Virus record (IMG/VR): IMGVR_UViG_3300025282_000046
Location: 1-52,044 of that record
Source of the DNA: a virus
Lineage: Duplodnaviria; Caudoviricetes
Length of the DNA stretch: 52,044 nucleotides
Reading direction: 5' to 3' (one strand)
Shown here: positions 27,451-38,351 of the stretch, piece after piece
How positions within the stretch are numbered: position 1 is the stretch's first letter
How the letters are laid out: each line of letters begins with the position of its first letter
Notes under the pieces: generated by a model
Told to the model about the DNA's origin: nothing
The model's database searches: none
The model's input: only the letters and a program-made list of their open reading frames with translations
Program-made: the position numbers and the translations under genes

Positions 27451-30064
27451 CGTAACGGTTTCTATTGTCTACAGTATCGCGTTCGTATTTCTTAGGTGAA
27501 CGATTTTGCATAAAGGTAAAGTGATCCATCGCAGTCTTCATTGCAGACTTGAAGTTGATCATTAACATGGCATGTTGTGCCTTAGTAACACGACGGGCAC
27601 CTACAAGAAGATTCATTGATGCACCTTGAGCAACCGCTTCAGATACCGCATTAAAATGAGCAGGTACAATCTCATAGGTAACAGCAGTAGCTGTGTCAAC
27701 CGATTCATCATCATTAAATTGTAAACCCATCGTTACAGTTCCGTCTTCTGCATTATGCGCGGAAATAACTCGTTCTTCTATAATGCCCGTAGTTTCTAAA
27801 ATCCTAAAGGTAGAACCTATATAGATTTGATCTCTTCTATCTATGTCCCCTAAAATTTGTGAAGCCCAACCCTCAGCAGACAGCGTAAATGTTTTACCAG
27901 TTCCATCTGAGACACCGTCTTCTGCGTAGTGAGGTTTTGCGTCATTAGTAGGGATGAACCATACCTCTACATCTTCTGCTATTTGAGGGTAGGGTCTAAT
28001 AGAAAGCATATTACCCTCAAGTGCCCAGTTGGGACCCCTTGTACTATATTGATTTCTAGGAATTATTTCGGTTCTAATCCTACCATCATCGTACATAGTT
28101 ACGATTCTCATAACCTCCCCAATGCATGCAGGAAGAGTGTAGTATTGTTGGTCTACAACTAAAGAAATTGTTGTCTTTTCTATTACATAATCAGATGAGG
28201 AGTTTTGAATCCGAGACATGACCCTGCTATACTCAGGTACGATACCGTGTCTAAAGATATAGTCGTCAGAGTAATCAAGTTCCTTCGCAATCTCACCGAT
28301 GATGTTTTTAGTTTTCTCAAGAATCATGTGCAAACAAGAATCCTTATTAGGAACAATTTCCTGAGCGTTCTTTTCTCTAACCGTTATCATCGCAGAAGTA
28401 ATCGCAGACTTCGCAGACTCCGAAAGTATCGCCATATCTGTTTCGGGCAGTTGTCCCTTGAGTGTCATCAATTCCAATATAGATCTCGAAACAACTGCAG
28501 ATATTACAGTGTTCATCCAAGGGGTCACAATCTCATACGCAACCGTTCCTGTTGCCGTAGTAAATGCTTCAGTAACAGTTACCGTTCCTGATGCAGCACT
28601 ATGAGCAGTTATAGTTCTTTCAGATATCGAACCATCAGCTTCAAAAACTCTAAGTGTTGCTCCCACGTAAGCATTGTCTCTTTTGTCTACCACACCTAAT
28701 TGTCTAGAGAACAACCCCCCACTCGTTAGGGTTAATACTGTTCCTGATGTAGCAAGTGAACCGTCCTTAGCATAGTGAGGCATAAAGTCACCACTGGGAA
28801 CATACCACAGTGAATAACCTGTAAGTTTTTCTGCTATGGGATTAGGACGAATAGAAATTCTTGTGCCTTCTATAGCCCAACCATTTCCTTTAGGATCGTT
28901 ATCATCCCTCTGCCTTACTTCTTTCTCTATAGTTCCACCCGCAGCAAGTTGTGTTAACCTTAGAGCTTTATAGATACAAGAAGGGACAGCATAATACTCC
29001 TGATTATTAACAAAAGTCATGCTGAGTCTTGAGACTATTTGAGAATCACTTCGAGCGTTCATCATCATCATTACTTCTGCGAGTTTGGGTTGAATCACCG
29101 CTCGCATAATGTAATCGTTAGACATCTCTTTCTCTACTTGTTCAGGAAGTCCCCATCGAACTCTCTGCAACATTGTGTAAAGTACTGAATTTTCAGGGGC
29201 AACACTTTTACCACTTATCTTATTAGAAGTAAGAGATATTGCAGTTTGTAGTGCTAACCCAAACTGCTCCTTAAGGTAAGCCATATGTTTTTCATTGATG
29301 TTCCTAGCAACCCCCAAATTCATAGAAGATGCTAAGGCAACCGCTTGCCAAATATGTCCCATAAACTCGGGGACAACTTCATATCTAACTGCACCGTTAG
29401 TTAGATCAGCAGAGAAATCTGTTCTAACCCCCACTGTTCCAGCACTAACATCGTAAGAAGTTATTACTCTTTCTTCCACAATAGAGTTGTCGGAACTCCA
29501 TACCCTAAGCACACCACCAATATAAGAACTCTGTCTTTTATCTATACCCCCAACATCGGGTGTGGTGTCAACCGTTACAGTGTTAAGTGTCCCTAGTGTT
29601 CCACCTGCTGCAGAGTAGTGGGGGTTGAAATCTCCAGAGGGTGTATACCAAACTTCGTATCCCGCAGTATCGGGAGTCCAATCAGGACGGAAATATAAAT
29701 CTCTACCGTCAAAACTCCAACCGGGTCCACGAGGATCCGTTTCATCTCTCTTTGCTATATCATCCAATACATCCCCCGCAGCATTTAACGAGGTAATCCT
29801 ATGAATGATTCCTACATTTGGAGGAAGTTCTATATGAGTATCGGTGATAGTCTCTGTGCCTGTAGTTAAAGCATCTAATGAAAATTTACAGAGGATAGGC
29901 TCATCTCTCTGTTGATTGATAGCAGTTATTACATTAACCATCTCTGGCTCAATAACTTGCCTTACTAGAAAATCATTATCATATTTAGCGTCAAGAGAGG
30001 GGTCGTCCAAATAGGTACGAATCCTCTCGATAGTCGTCATTAATATAGAACCACTACTATGCAT
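27428..30064 (-). CDS. Head-tail adaptor/ring-like protein made of three tandem ~290-aa repeats
   Basis: Each repeat has S.L...L.R..., Y..D...R..I.P, YY.LP..I, GW..EG....IRP, W(Y/F).P..D..PHY, D.R...Y.G..LR, ER.I..., YE(I/V)VP. Confidence 0.6.
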   Translation of the reverse strand: MHSSGSILMTTIERIRTYLDDPSLDAKYDNDFLVRQVIEPEMVNVITAINQQRDEPILCKFSLDALTTGTETITDTHIELPPNVGIIHRITSLNAAGDVLDDIAKRDETDPRGPGWSFDGRDLYFRPDWTPDTAGYEVWYTPSGDFNPHYSAAGGTLGTLNTVTVDTTPDVGGIDKRQSSYIGGVLRVWSSDNSIVEERVITSYDVSAGTVGVRTDFSADLTNGAVRYEVVPEFMGHIWQAVALASSMNLGVARNINEKHMAYLKEQFGLALQTAISLTSNKISGKSVAPENSVLYTMLQRVRWGLPEQVEKEMSNDYIMRAVIQPKLAEVMMMMNARSDSQIVSRLSMTFVNNQEYYAVPSCIYKALRLTQLAAGGTIEKEVRQRDDNDPKGNGWAIEGTRISIRPNPIAEKLTGYSLWYVPSGDFMPHYAKDGSLATSGTVLTLTSGGLFSRQLGVVDKRDNAYVGATLRVFEADGSISERTITAHSAASGTVTVTEAFTTATGTVAYEIVTPWMNTVISAVVSRSILELMTLKGQLPETDMAILSESAKSAITSAMITVREKNAQEIVPNKDSCLHMILEKTKNIIGEIAKELDYSDDYIFRHGIVPEYSRVMSRIQNSSSDYVIEKTTISLVVDQQYYTLPACIGEVMRIVTMYDDGRIRTEIIPRNQYSTRGPNWALEGNMLSIRPYPQIAEDVEVWFIPTNDAKPHYAEDGVSDGTGKTFTLSAEGWASQILGDIDRRDQIYIGSTFRILETTGIIEERVISAHNAEDGTVTMGLQFNDDESVDTATAVTYEIVPAHFNAVSEAVAQGASMNLLVGARRVTKAQHAMLMINFKSAMKTAMDHFTFMQNRSPKKYERDTVDNRNRYGGLYGIR

Positions 30065-30567
30065 TACCCGAGCATCCCATCTAAATCTTCATTACCCGCC
30101 ATCCCCATACCACCCGCAAGCAAAGCAAGCAACAACAAAGGCAGTAACGCCTTCATCCCACCTTTAGGTATCTGAGGGAGTCTAATATTCCCACCACCCT
30201 TCAATAGTTTATTAGCCATTCGTCCTCTTGTTCCCTTTGTCGCTGCTGACAATCTTTGCTTCGGAGTAAAATCATCCCAAGGTGCATCGACTGGACCTCT
30301 GCGGTATCCTTGCATATACTTATCTGGAAATTTCCTCTCAACAGTATCTCTTACCCAAGGCTCTAACGTTCCTGCTGATGCTTTGTCTAATTGAGCAAGG
30401 GACATACCACGACCACCCGATTTTCGAGCGGCGGCTCGTCTTTTAGATTTACGATTACCCTGCCAGCCCGAACCGTAATTTAGCTCCGATTGGGTAAGAC
30501 CACCAGAAAGACTAGCCCTTGCTTTTTTTCTTTCTAGAGCCCAATTAAATGATGGATCTTTAGCCAT
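30064..30567 (-). CDS. Small basic protein with C-terminal hydrophobic tail
   Basis: K/R-rich; tail MKALLPLLLLALLAGGMGMAGNE. Confidence 0.6.
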   Translation of the reverse strand: MAKDPSFNWALERKKARASLSGGLTQSELNYGSGWQGNRKSKRRAAARKSGGRGMSLAQLDKASAGTLEPWVRDTVERKFPDKYMQGYRRGPVDAPWDDFTPKQRLSAATKGTRGRMANKLLKGGGNIRLPQIPKGGMKALLPLLLLALLAGGMGMAGNEDLDGMLG

Positions 30568-31099
30568 GAGTAATTATCCTATTTTTAGAGAGGTTACGAA
30601 GGGTTTCTTTCATTTCAGAATCCTCATCGTTATAGTGTACATTGGCATGCTCCAGATTTCTAGCCTCCTCATATTTTCCTTTCCTTTTAAGAGAAGCCAC
30701 TGACTTTTCTCGCCTTCTTAGGTTCTCTTCTCGCTCTCTGCGTTTCTCGTCGTTACGCTCCCTCAGTTGCTTCTCAATCATTTTCTGCTCAGGGTCAATC
30801 GCTCTACATCGGAATTTTACTTCCATAGTAGGTATCCAACCACCACGGTCTGGAGCCTTATCCATCGTGTCTAATTCTAGACATATAGGTTTATCAACTT
30901 CCCAAGGAGGGTATATCCAATGAGCAAGAACAAACTTCTCCGTATATGCGTGACGATATACAAACAAGTCCTTCCTCCCCGTCTCTCTCTTAATGTGGGC
31001 TAACCACATACTTTCAGGGAGAACCTTGTGTTCCTCTCCTAGTTGAAGACCCGTATTTAGTGCTTCCTCGTAAGGACTGTAAATTACTTCTATATCCAT
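30560..31099 (-). CDS. Hypothetical protein (start revised to MDIEVIY)
   Basis: ATG 31099 lies 6 nt after TG-G-TATACT. Confidence 0.6.
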   Translation of the reverse strand: MDIEVIYSPYEEALNTGLQLGEEHKVLPESMWLAHIKRETGRKDLFVYRHAYTEKFVLAHWIYPPWEVDKPICLELDTMDKAPDRGGWIPTMEVKFRCRAIDPEQKMIEKQLRERNDEKRREREENLRRREKSVASLKRKGKYEEARNLEHANVHYNDEDSEMKETLRNLSKNRIITHG

Positions 31100-31150
31100 C
31101 CCACAAGTATACCAAAAGAAAGAGGGCCTACCATACTCGGCAGACCCTCT
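31100..31150 (-). promoter_or_regulatory. Hairpin after the capsid gene plus an extended -10 leaderless promoter
   Basis: AGAGGG / CCCTCT stem at 31121-31150 followed on the minus strand by TTCTTT, then TGGTATACT-6 nt-ATG. Confidence 0.55.
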
Positions 31151-31178
31151 TCCCAACACAGGAGGATATGTTTACGGA

Positions 31179-32777
31179 TTAATTAGCACTATAGATCTTG
31201 TCATAACTGACACCTGTTAGCTTCATGCCAGCAGGTTGATCTGGAACTAATTGCATGCGCATTTGACCGGGCATTTGAACGCCTTCTGTAACTCGCGTGA
31301 TACCGCCATCGCTGCCATCTGTATTATAGATAGGCAATTTGTTAGTACCAGTACCGGTGAGAGCACCAGCAATGAATTCAAAAGGAGCACCATCTGCTTT
31401 TGCAAATTTGCTTGTTCCGGCTACGGCTGGAGGAATATACTTCTTCCAGTTATTTCCACCTTTTCGGATTCCATATACTGAACCATCTTCAACATAAGTT
31501 GAAGTGTAGCCCGTATAGGAGCGACCATCAAAGGTGAATTTGAAGCCTTCACTTGAACCTTCGCTAGTCACGCTTGAAAGGCGACCAGTTCGATCCAAGA
31601 TTTCACGACCAATTTTCGTTGATTCGTAGTTCAACCAAACACCATCACTGGCAATCAAGCAGTCAATATATTGACCGTACTTGTTTTTGGCTGCGTGGAA
31701 TCGACGCAAGTATTGACGAAGTTTGTGTTCAGTAAGAGTACCGACACTACCTTTCGTGAATGATTTAAACTCTGGGTGTGCCGTAACATCGATTTGGTTA
31801 TTAGCCGAACCGTCTTTATCAGCACCTAGTAGGAAGTTATTATCACCACCCGAACCAGATTTTAACCAACTGTTAACACCAGCAAAACCACTAGAAGTAT
31901 TTGCAGTTTCATCAACTGAACCCGCATAGAGAATCCAATCATCATTTGCTGTTGCTACTGGGGCTGAACCCGCTGCTGTAAATGCATCAACTGCTGAAAC
32001 AAGACGTACTTCGCCTTTAAGTTCATCAACATAGTCAACGAATACTTTCAAGCGACCCGTAGTTGCACCATCAGTTGAGTTTTTCAACCCGTCAGCGGTG
32101 TCATCAATGTCGGGAGCACTAGTATCATCATCCCAAATATCGACTCGTTGACCAACATAGAATCGATCAACTGCACCGTTACTTGGAGTGAATGTCAAAT
32201 AGTAAGGAGCCGCACCGCCAGTATCTGAAGCGGTTAGGCTGTTAATTTGACAAATTGCGTAATCTTCGTTTTGGTTTAAGTACCAATAATTACAAAGAGT
32301 GTGAGCTATATTACGACCAAAACCTTCTAGTTTAGGAGCAATGATTTCACCAATAAAGGCGGAAGTTGCTTCTGCTTGCATTTCACCAAGCGTAAACATG
32401 ATGTTGGACATCATTGAACGCATACCAATACCTAAACGGTATGGTGCGGCGTTTGGACCTTCGGTAGGATCAGGCCAAACTTGTTTGAGATTTTGAGTAT
32501 ATAGACGACTACCGTGTGTATCTGTATCGTCACCATAAAGAGTGAGATCTCCCCTCGGAGCACCTTGCTCGAGTACACCAGCCATTGAACCCATAAACAC
32601 TTTAAGTATTTTTAGGTCACGACCGAGTGCATCGGCAGGACCTACACCCTGACTTGTAGAGATAAGATCTCTCCAAATCGGATCTAGTCCGGGAAGGAAA
32701 ATTTCAACGTTCTTATTGATGACTTCTTCGATACGGTCTTCATGTAGGTTGAAGAGCGAACCTGCTACTGCTGCCAT
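31179..32777 (-). CDS. Major capsid protein (HK97 fold, with insertion domain)
   Basis: Position after portal and scaffold; AAGGA RBS; 'SGFAGVNSW', 'GFKFTFDG...YTSTYVEDGSVYGI', ends in 'GMKLTGV'. Confidence 0.75.
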   Translation of the reverse strand: MAAVAGSLFNLHEDRIEEVINKNVEIFLPGLDPIWRDLISTSQGVGPADALGRDLKILKVFMGSMAGVLEQGAPRGDLTLYGDDTDTHGSRLYTQNLKQVWPDPTEGPNAAPYRLGIGMRSMMSNIMFTLGEMQAEATSAFIGEIIAPKLEGFGRNIAHTLCNYWYLNQNEDYAICQINSLTASDTGGAAPYYLTFTPSNGAVDRFYVGQRVDIWDDDTSAPDIDDTADGLKNSTDGATTGRLKVFVDYVDELKGEVRLVSAVDAFTAAGSAPVATANDDWILYAGSVDETANTSSGFAGVNSWLKSGSGGDNNFLLGADKDGSANNQIDVTAHPEFKSFTKGSVGTLTEHKLRQYLRRFHAAKNKYGQYIDCLIASDGVWLNYESTKIGREILDRTGRLSSVTSEGSSEGFKFTFDGRSYTGYTSTYVEDGSVYGIRKGGNNWKKYIPPAVAGTSKFAKADGAPFEFIAGALTGTGTNKLPIYNTDGSDGGITRVTEGVQMPGQMRMQLVPDQPAGMKLTGVSYDKIYSAN

Positions 32778-32797
32778 CTTATTATTCCTTAATTAAA

Positions 32798-33757
32798 TTA
32801 AGCTTTCGATTCTCCCCCAGCCGCGCCATCTCTGGCACCCCTTAATAATGTATCGAGTGTCCACTCACGGGTTTTGACATTAATGTCACCCATGCTGTCA
32901 CCCTTCTCATATTTAGGAGGATCAACTGGAGGTTTATTAAACAAACTATCACTGTCTGTTGCTGTTTCCGGTGACCTCTGAATCTTATCAGGATCTCCGA
33001 TTACCGAACGAAATTTATCATACACTGTTTTGGCTGCTTTACCAGCCTCTTCAGTAAACCAATTAGGATTAAAATTTTCACCTGCTGCACGACGATTTCT
33101 AAGACTATCTAACATAGCAGCCTCTACCTCATGCCTCAACACATCTTGTCGATTTTCACCCCCACTCTCCATAGCCATAAGTTTCTTGATTTCCTCGCTA
33201 TTACTCATGGCACCGTTGAGGGCGTTATTGAGTTCTTTCTTCATCATTTCGGCACCAAGGCGTTGTTGACGATCCTCAATTTGATTCATTCTTTGTTGGT
33301 CTTGTTCGTGCATTAATTGCTCCTGTTGCAGTCTATACTGCTCTTCTTGTTGCTGTTGCTGTAAAAGTTCTTCGGGATCGTAAATTTCAGGGTCATAATT
33401 TTCACCTTCGAGTTCTTGGTGTTCTGGGGTTGCTGCAACTTCCGGTTGTTCTTGATTCGTCCATTGAATATATTCTTCAATATCTTGAGGGGTATACCCT
33501 TCCTTACTCATAAGGAAACGAACTGCACCCTCTCTACTAGCATCATCGCTTCCTGTAGGAGAGATAAGAACTTTAGCGTGATCATTATACTCTTTAAGTT
33601 GTGAGATTTCATCTCTAGCAGAAATTAAATCCCTAACGGAAATTTCTTCACCGTCTACCTTAACCGTAGAATCTAAATCTATAGAGGGAGAAGTAGTTTC
33701 AACTGCCTCGTTTGTTTCGGTTGTTTCAGTTGTTTCATTTACTTGTTCTTCAGACAT
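32798..33757 (-). CDS. Capsid scaffolding protein
   Basis: Acidic N-terminus, 'TVKVDGEEISVRDL', coiled coil; between portal and capsid. Confidence 0.7.
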   Translation of the reverse strand: MSEEQVNETTETTETNEAVETTSPSIDLDSTVKVDGEEISVRDLISARDEISQLKEYNDHAKVLISPTGSDDASREGAVRFLMSKEGYTPQDIEEYIQWTNQEQPEVAATPEHQELEGENYDPEIYDPEELLQQQQQEEQYRLQQEQLMHEQDQQRMNQIEDRQQRLGAEMMKKELNNALNGAMSNSEEIKKLMAMESGGENRQDVLRHEVEAAMLDSLRNRRAAGENFNPNWFTEEAGKAAKTVYDKFRSVIGDPDKIQRSPETATDSDSLFNKPPVDPPKYEKGDSMGDINVKTREWTLDTLLRGARDGAAGGESKA

Positions 33758-35761
33758 TTACATGGCTCCTTGTTGTGGGAACGGCATCGGGCCACCTTGA
33801 CCCATATCCATTCCCTCTTGTGGTTGTTGCATCATTGCTGCCTCCATTGGTGACGGAACACCTTCTGGCATCATAGCACCTGTAGATTCTAACAGAAATT
33901 GTTTGAAGTCGATGAATTCATTCTGAACTTCTGTAGAAGCAATACTCATAATAGGTCCACTCATAAACGCTACAAGAACTCTAAGTTGAAATTCTGGTCT
34001 AGCATTATGAGGTGTTAATATAATTTGTCCCGGATCTTGACCATCACCATAAAGAACCAAACAGTTCCTTACAATCATATCGTATGCTGCTTTTTCTTCG
34101 TCCAACCAAACAGCAAAGTCTAATCCTTCCTTAAGTGCTAACATCTTAAAGGAGTCAGGATCAGCAATACCCGCATTGAGCATCTCAAGTGCTTCTTGCT
34201 TACGAGCCACCATTGAACGGGGGCTCACCTCTTTAATGGAGATAGATATATTCTTAAGTGAGGGTAATGGGTTTTGTCCTTGGAATTGGATTTCACTTTT
34301 CTCTGGGTCAATAATGGCCCCCGCCATTTCAAGATTCAAATCAGATACGGGAATACCTACTGGATTATCCATAAGTACTCTAACCGCAGAAGCCAATACA
34401 GATTTATAACAACCAGAGAATGCTTGTTCAATACCTCTACTTGGGTTAGTCATTGCCTTGTTAATCTGTTCATCAAGGAACGAAAGCCCAACCGCAGAAT
34501 CCACACGACCCTTCTCACGAATAAGGTCTTGTACAGGATTCATCTTATCAATAAGGTCTTTAGCGAACGCTGCTGTCTTACCGGGAATATCCCCCGCGTT
34601 GTGGGGCGTAATATTGAAAGGTCGAAATGTTTCTACTACGGGATCGGGTTCAAATGGAAGAACCCTCAATCCCGAACCCACATCCCGTAGCATTGCTCTA
34701 TCATTAAACTGACCTTGGGGCATAACAAGTACCCCATACCTATCGGTGTCTCTAACATTATTAAAGAGCGACTTAAGTAACCGTTCCATCTCTCTACTTA
34801 AAGAAAAGAGAAGATCAAAAAGCCCTGCACCATGGAATGTTCCGTTCTCGATAAACCTCGCAAAACCAATTGGGCAATAGACTTCTTGATCTTCAAAAGA
34901 CTCGTCGTGTAATACGTGTTCACCACTTGTAACCACATATCTGTTTACTGTTTCCCCCACTCCAAACGTCCATAGTTCTCTAATCTTTACAATTGCTGCT
35001 TGGTCTTTATGAGGACTAACACTGGACTGACTCGTATCGCTATGGTATTTAACGTCCTTACCCTGTTGACCCCCACTCCCTTCAGAATCCTCCTCGACCT
35101 CTCCGATGTTGGATTCCCACCACTCCATCTTTTTGAGGTTTCTACCTAACTTTTTACTAAACATTTCTTCTAGGAAAGTTAGAGGGACAGTTCGTTGTCT
35201 CATCATCCCACGAGTTTTGGTGTAGTCTGCCCCTAATGACGGGAATGGGAAGAGTTCTCTAGGATGTATAACCTCAAGATCTGCAACTAGACCAATAGTT
35301 TTACCGTTGGTCATGTGACCCGCTATACCACAAGAACCCAAAGATGTGAAGATGTGGGCAAATTGAGTTTTAATTTTATCTAGTTGGTCGTTAGAAACAA
35401 CATGATCCATTAGGATCTGACTTAAAGCTCTTTCTCTAATACTATTAAGAGAGATACCTTTACGCACAACTTTAGGTCTAAGGTCTAATGAAGCCAACCT
35501 ACCCGAAACCTTGTCGATAGCCGACAACATTTCTTGAGACTGAAACTCCATGTTCCCTTCCTCATCTAAGTAGTGGGGGGATAATGCTCCTGTTGAAGGG
35601 TCAAACACATCAAATCTACGGGCCCCCGCAAGATAATGCCAAGCGAGAAGCCACATGATTTTCCTATACGAAAGACGAGCTTCTTCTCTATCAGCATGCT
35701 CATCTATTATTCTTGCTAGGTCAATCTTGTTTTTCGGTAGTTTTATGGTGTCTAGTGCCAT
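33758..35761 (-). CDS. Portal protein
   Basis: 667 aa downstream of terminase; 'FHGAGLFDLLFSLSREME', Gln/Met/Pro-rich tail typical of P22-like portals. Confidence 0.8.
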   Translation of the reverse strand: MALDTIKLPKNKIDLARIIDEHADREEARLSYRKIMWLLAWHYLAGARRFDVFDPSTGALSPHYLDEEGNMEFQSQEMLSAIDKVSGRLASLDLRPKVVRKGISLNSIRERALSQILMDHVVSNDQLDKIKTQFAHIFTSLGSCGIAGHMTNGKTIGLVADLEVIHPRELFPFPSLGADYTKTRGMMRQRTVPLTFLEEMFSKKLGRNLKKMEWWESNIGEVEEDSEGSGGQQGKDVKYHSDTSQSSVSPHKDQAAIVKIRELWTFGVGETVNRYVVTSGEHVLHDESFEDQEVYCPIGFARFIENGTFHGAGLFDLLFSLSREMERLLKSLFNNVRDTDRYGVLVMPQGQFNDRAMLRDVGSGLRVLPFEPDPVVETFRPFNITPHNAGDIPGKTAAFAKDLIDKMNPVQDLIREKGRVDSAVGLSFLDEQINKAMTNPSRGIEQAFSGCYKSVLASAVRVLMDNPVGIPVSDLNLEMAGAIIDPEKSEIQFQGQNPLPSLKNISISIKEVSPRSMVARKQEALEMLNAGIADPDSFKMLALKEGLDFAVWLDEEKAAYDMIVRNCLVLYGDGQDPGQIILTPHNARPEFQLRVLVAFMSGPIMSIASTEVQNEFIDFKQFLLESTGAMMPEGVPSPMEAAMMQQPQEGMDMGQGGPMPFPQQGAM

Positions 35762-36017
35762 CTTTTGCCTTTAGTTTTTCTGCTGCAATACCCCTAGGTT
35801 TATAACCACGAGGAGTTTCTGTTTCTATTGTAATATCTTTTAGTTTAGAAATCTCAGGTATAACCTCGGTAGTTCTATTTTCGGGTACAAGTTGATATTC
35901 TGGGTCCCCATCACGAGGCCCAGTACCGTAGTAGCATCTCATTAGTTTATCGAAAAATGCTAAGGGTACAACTACGCAGTTCTTTTGTTCATACTCTTGT
36001 GGTGTTGTCGGTATCAT
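35721..36017 (-). CDS. Hypothetical protein
   Basis: Overlaps terL and portal ends in the operon. Confidence 0.5.
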   Translation of the reverse strand: MIPTTPQEYEQKNCVVVPLAFFDKLMRCYYGTGPRDGDPEYQLVPENRTTEVIPEISKLKDITIETETPRGYKPRGIAAEKLKAKDGTRHHKTTEKQD

Positions 36018-37929
36018 CCGTAATGTTCCTATCTAAAATATCTTGTATTTCACCAGCCCCCACTCTACTCCAATCGATGCCATGAGCAATGGGAGTACCC
36101 AAATCTTTATCTATAACTTCCCCGTCCCTGAGCCTTTCAAGTGCGTTTTTGTGCTCTAGTTGTAGTTTTCTTACCTGAGAAAGTCTACCCTTAATAACAA
36201 ATTGGCTCATGCATACACAATCCAACTCGTCATCGTGCTGTAATCCACCATCTTTAGCATCCGGATTGAACTGCTCTATCTGGTCTTTTAACCTTCTAGA
36301 GGGAGCATCTGATTTCCACAAAGGTAATTTTATCTTGTCAAATTCGAATCTAAGTGATAGAGATGCAATCTTAGTGGTCTTCTCTATCATGCCGGGGTTC
36401 AACTTCTTAACGGCTGGTAGGTGACTTACCCCCATCATCTCTTTAGCACGAGTCCTAACCAAAGAATCCAGTGTGTTGTAGATTCCTAATCCCTGCTTAA
36501 TCGCTTCCACATGTATAGTGGGGGTTCTCCAATGATCCCCCAACCTCATAACTTCTTTCAATAAGAGATCTTCTCGACATTGAGCACTCCACACATCCAA
36601 CACGAAGAGTTCATTTTCTGAGTTTATGCACATAACGCATGCAACTTTAAAGTCGGAGTCTGCGGTTGCTGTGAATGAAGTATCTACTGTTAAGAATAAA
36701 CGGTTCATCTTTAAGAAGTTACACATGGGCTTCTTAACTATTTCTTCACCGGAGTAATAACAAATTAAAGTGTTGCTTACGTAAGGGTCGATATCTAGAG
36801 CGGGATCTACTTGCTCGTACCACCAACCGTGACGTTCCTTAGTGAGGTGGGGGAAGTATGTACCTTCCCCCTCACCGGGTCTTGCCATATATTCAGCCAA
36901 GAAGTTGGGAGTACCGATGATCTCACGTATTTCTTCTAAGGAAACTCTGTCCTTAAGCCTAGGATCTTCTTCTTTAATCTTACGGGTGGATGGCCACATG
37001 TCGGGCCAACACGAAATAACGGTTCCGTCTTCTTCTTCGTATGCAGCTCTTACAATCATCCTCGACCAAAGATTGAATCGGGGGTCTGCCGCAATTTGTT
37101 CACCTGCTTTGTTCTGTTGGGTTTGAAGAGCATGCCAAGCATAGTGACGACGAGATACGAAAGTAGCCAACCAATCCACACCACAACCTGCACGCATAAC
37201 CATAGGTAGAACCACTTTGAAAAGAAGATCATCCATATACTGTCGGATGAGTGACATTGATGTCGATGCTTTTGGGTCATACTCTGGGTCATCCAATACG
37301 TAGCGTCTAGGTCGTCCACCACGTTGTCTTGATTCTGCGGAGATAGCCCTTAACCAAGAACCGTTTCTTAGTTGCATCATTTCTGTTCCAAAAGGTGCTT
37401 CACCTCTTTTAGGAACAAGACGATTATCCGGGAACTCCGGATTCCAATCATCATGCAATCGTTGGTTATGTTGGAACTGATCTTTAAGTGCTTGACCCGT
37501 ACCTCTTGCATTATCATTCGTAGATGTTGCATAAAGAATCGTATACATGGGACGAGTCAACATTCTTAATAAACAAGCCTTCCTTACAAGATAAGACTTA
37601 GCAGAACCTCGTGGTGCGATACAAATATTACGGGGTGAGGATGCCCACTGTTTTAAAATGTCATAATGGAAAGTAGGAGTCTCTAAAGGATCATCATCAT
37701 AGAAGAGAGGATTAAAATCTACAGTCTCGTCCGCATGAAGATAATAAAGATCGAAAAACCTTAGACTCGCAGCGAACGCCTCAGCTAACTGAGTGGGGGT
37801 TTTATCTTTTGCGGTCCACAAACGACAAGCGTTTACTCTGGCTTTACGTTGTCCTTCCGGAGATAGTTCCGGGTAATCAACGGGTAAGGGGTAAAAGGGG
37901 TTATCTGTTTGAGGCACCCACAACGTCAT
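35989..37929 (-). CDS. terL: Terminase large subunit
   Basis: Walker A APRGSAKS, RGGRP, Walker B YVLDDPE, nuclease motifs LTVDTS...DF and HDDELD. Confidence 0.9.
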   Translation of the reverse strand: MTLWVPQTDNPFYPLPVDYPELSPEGQRKARVNACRLWTAKDKTPTQLAEAFAASLRFFDLYYLHADETVDFNPLFYDDDPLETPTFHYDILKQWASSPRNICIAPRGSAKSYLVRKACLLRMLTRPMYTILYATSTNDNARGTGQALKDQFQHNQRLHDDWNPEFPDNRLVPKRGEAPFGTEMMQLRNGSWLRAISAESRQRGGRPRRYVLDDPEYDPKASTSMSLIRQYMDDLLFKVVLPMVMRAGCGVDWLATFVSRRHYAWHALQTQQNKAGEQIAADPRFNLWSRMIVRAAYEEEDGTVISCWPDMWPSTRKIKEEDPRLKDRVSLEEIREIIGTPNFLAEYMARPGEGEGTYFPHLTKERHGWWYEQVDPALDIDPYVSNTLICYYSGEEIVKKPMCNFLKMNRLFLTVDTSFTATADSDFKVACVMCINSENELFVLDVWSAQCREDLLLKEVMRLGDHWRTPTIHVEAIKQGLGIYNTLDSLVRTRAKEMMGVSHLPAVKKLNPGMIEKTTKIASLSLRFEFDKIKLPLWKSDAPSRRLKDQIEQFNPDAKDGGLQHDDELDCVCMSQFVIKGRLSQVRKLQLEHKNALERLRDGEVIDKDLGTPIAHGIDWSRVGAGEIQDILDRNITDDTDNTTRV

Positions 37930-38351
37930 TACGTGTTACGCTCTGTTGCTACCGCAGTAAATGTTAGGGTGAATGCTATTCTTCCTAATGCAGCCGCTAA
38001 CATTTGAGGGTCTGCTCCACAAGAAGAATTAGTTCTTAATTCTTTAAGGATAGGATAAAACTGATCCCTTAAGTTTCGGTCGCTGTCGAAAAGGTTATTG
38101 AATGTTATCTTGTAAAGATTCTCGAACCCCCCACTCCATTCTTCCACATCGTAGACTCCGAGGTCACGGATGGCGGTTGCACCGAATTGTAGGAACTCCA
38201 TCACAGGTAAGGTTTGAAGTAGGGAGACTGCTTGTTTGGACAAATTGTCTAACTTAGGCGTTGTCTTTTTCGTTACTTTTTTTGCTGTTTTCTTTGGGGC
38301 AGATGATTTCGTGCTTTTGCTCAATTTCTTTTTGGTTGCTGATTTCGCCAT
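37929..38351 (-). CDS. Hypothetical protein with Lys-rich (histone-like) N-terminus
   Basis: 'MAKSATKKKLSKSTKSSAPKKTAKKVTKKT'; stop overlaps terL start. Confidence 0.55.
   Translation of the reverse strand: MAKSATKKKLSKSTKSSAPKKTAKKVTKKTTPKLDNLSKQAVSLLQTLPVMEFLQFGATAIRDLGVYDVEEWSGGFENLYKITFNNLFDSDRNLRDQFYPILKELRTNSSCGADPQMLAAALGRIAFTLTFTAVATERNT

Noticed and set aside
26153-27499. + strand Pro/Gly-rich ORFs opposite the collagen genes, and other antisense ORFs in the track
   Set aside because: Shadow frames of real genes; no RBS or independent motifs
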